Below, one piece after another: positions 23,297 to 24,127 of a stretch of 24,127 bases of DNA. The DNA is from an uncultured Candidatus Udaeobacter sp. GTDB taxonomy: Bacteria; Verrucomicrobiota; Verrucomicrobiia; Chthoniobacterales; UBA10450. The position numbers were made by a program, and so were the translations under genes. Each line of letters starts with the position of its first letter. The first letter of the stretch is position 1. Under the pieces are notes generated by a model. That model ran no database searches. It was not told where the DNA came from and saw only the letters and a list, made by a program, of their open reading frames with translations. The stretch covers positions 1-24,127 of the forward strand of contig CATPAV010000154.1 of assembly GCA_955652245.1 (NCBI GenBank), given 5' to 3'.

Positions 23297-23827
23297 ATGA
23301 AGCAACGCGTTATTTTGCTTGTTCTGCTCTTTGCGATTATCGGGCGCAGCCTCGCACAGGACACCGCGCCTACGGCAACGCCGCGCAGACGCAGTTGGCT
23401 GGCGCGCATGCTCCATCCCTTTTCTTCCGAACCGATTCCCCAGTACAAAGATCCCCGATTGCGCGGACTGGCGGTCGGCTTGCAGATTACCCCGCAGACC
23501 GTAAAACTCTCAGAGGTCCGCCAACTCGGGATCAAAGTAACGTTGACAAATCAATCCAAGCGTCCCGTTACGCTCGAATTTCCGACAAACCAGCGGATCG
23601 AGATTTATTTAAGGAATTCTGCCGGGAATATGCTGACAACATGGTCCAACAATCACGCCATTACAGAAACACCAGGAACGGTTTTAATTAATCCGCAAGA
23701 GCACGTCGAATACGACGAAACGATTGCGACCCGCGATCTCACCCCAAATAAAGTTTTCATTGCCGAGGCTTTCTTTCCCAAATATCCGGAGCTGCGAATC
23801 CGGCAAAAATTCCTTGCCGTGCCGTGA
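23297..23827 (+). CDS. Exported protein with a BsuPI (intracellular proteinase inhibitor)-like Ig fold; likely start ATG 23297
   Basis: Signal peptide MKQRVILLVLLFAIIGRSLA. The pattern VTLTN...VTLEFPTNQRIEIYLRN..G..LTTWS...INPQE..EY resembles BsuPI by eye. Confidence 0.7.
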   Translation: MKQRVILLVLLFAIIGRSLAQDTAPTATPRRRSWLARMLHPFSSEPIPQYKDPRLRGLAVGLQITPQTVKLSEVRQLGIKVTLTNQSKRPVTLEFPTNQRIEIYLRNSAGNMLTTWSNNHAITETPGTVLINPQEHVEYDETIATRDLTPNKVFIAEAFFPKYPELRIRQKFLAVP

Positions 23828-24127
23828 TGACGGGAGGAAATGGAGTAGTGGGTTCTGCCACGTCTTCAACACTTCAACACTCCAACACTTCAACACTCCT
23901 CTTTTCCGATTATCACACTCACCCCCAGGGACATCGGGTGCAGCGTTACATACAGGCGCTGCTGCAGCCATGGGCGGATTCGGCGCACAAAATGGCGTTA
24001 AGCGAGGTCGCTTTTACCGATCACGATCGTTATCATGCCGGAATCGACTTCGATGAAATCGATCGGTTGCGTGAAAAAAATGCCGATCTAAAAATCCGTG
24101 CCGGCATCGAGCTGGACAACGATCCGA
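23827..24127 (+). CDS. PHP-domain histidinol-phosphatase (HisJ/HisK)-like protein, 5' part; missing from the supplied ORF track because its stop is outside the window
   Basis: ATG 23827 overlaps the upstream TGA. Translation: MTGGNGVVGSATSSTLQHSNTSTLLFSDYHTHPQGH...EVAFTDHDRY...IRAGIELDNDP, with motifs DYHTH, FTDH and GIELD. Confidence 0.88.
   Translation, partial: MTGGNGVVGSATSSTLQHSNTSTLLFSDYHTHPQGHRVQRYIQALLQPWADSAHKMALSEVAFTDHDRYHAGIDFDEIDRLREKNADLKIRAGIELDNDP
23840..23900. repeat. Second copy of the inverted octamer-repeat element: ATGGAGTAGTGGG ... CTTCAA-CACTTCAA-CACTCCAA-CACTTCAA-CACTCCT
   Basis: Same 8-bp periodicity and consensus as 21143-21210, read directly. Confidence 0.85.

Noticed and set aside
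21143-23900. Octamer arrays as a CRISPR or guide-RNA array
   Set aside because: The units are contiguous 8-mers without unique spacers, and no cas or other nuclease gene is nearby.
1-24127. Prophage, integron, transposon or defence island
   Set aside because: No integrase, transposase, phage structural, toxin-antitoxin or restriction genes were recognised, and gene content is housekeeping throughout.

Overview
A 24.1-kb, gene-dense, moderately GC-rich bacterial chromosomal segment of mostly housekeeping genes. Gene style suggests Verrucomicrobiota (Chthoniobacterales-like); this is inference and was not verified. In order: 3' part of glgB (+); xseA, ruvB, DUF1330, PHP phosphoesterase, MsbA-like ABC exporter, GT9 and GT4 (all -); WaaG-like GT4 (+); STAS anti-anti-sigma, HAD hydrolase and FHA protein (-); lepA, lepB, a polytopic membrane protein and a squalene/phytoene synthase (+); a glycine-zipper lipoprotein (+); UbiD-family decarboxylase and an SmpA-like lipoprotein (-); moaA (interrupted by an in-frame TAA), moaC and mog (+); M23 peptidase and a stand-alone SecD-head-like exported protein (-); a BsuPI-like exported protein and the 5' part of a HisJ-like PHP protein (+). 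I saw no integrase, transposase, CRISPR array, rRNA or complete tRNA. The strongest oddities: (1) an inverted octamer-repeat element that appears to supply the start codon and a shared QHSNT peptide to two unrelated enzymes, and at mog forms a chain of overlapping Met-Glu-stop mini-ORFs; (2) a nonsense codon in moaA that cuts off the essential GG tail, which could still be made as a separate 45-aa peptide; (3) a possible DnaK-lid-like helical domain on signal peptidase I; (4) a free-standing SecDF P1-head-like protein; (5) GTAG-tagged hairpins with diverse stems in many intergenic gaps.
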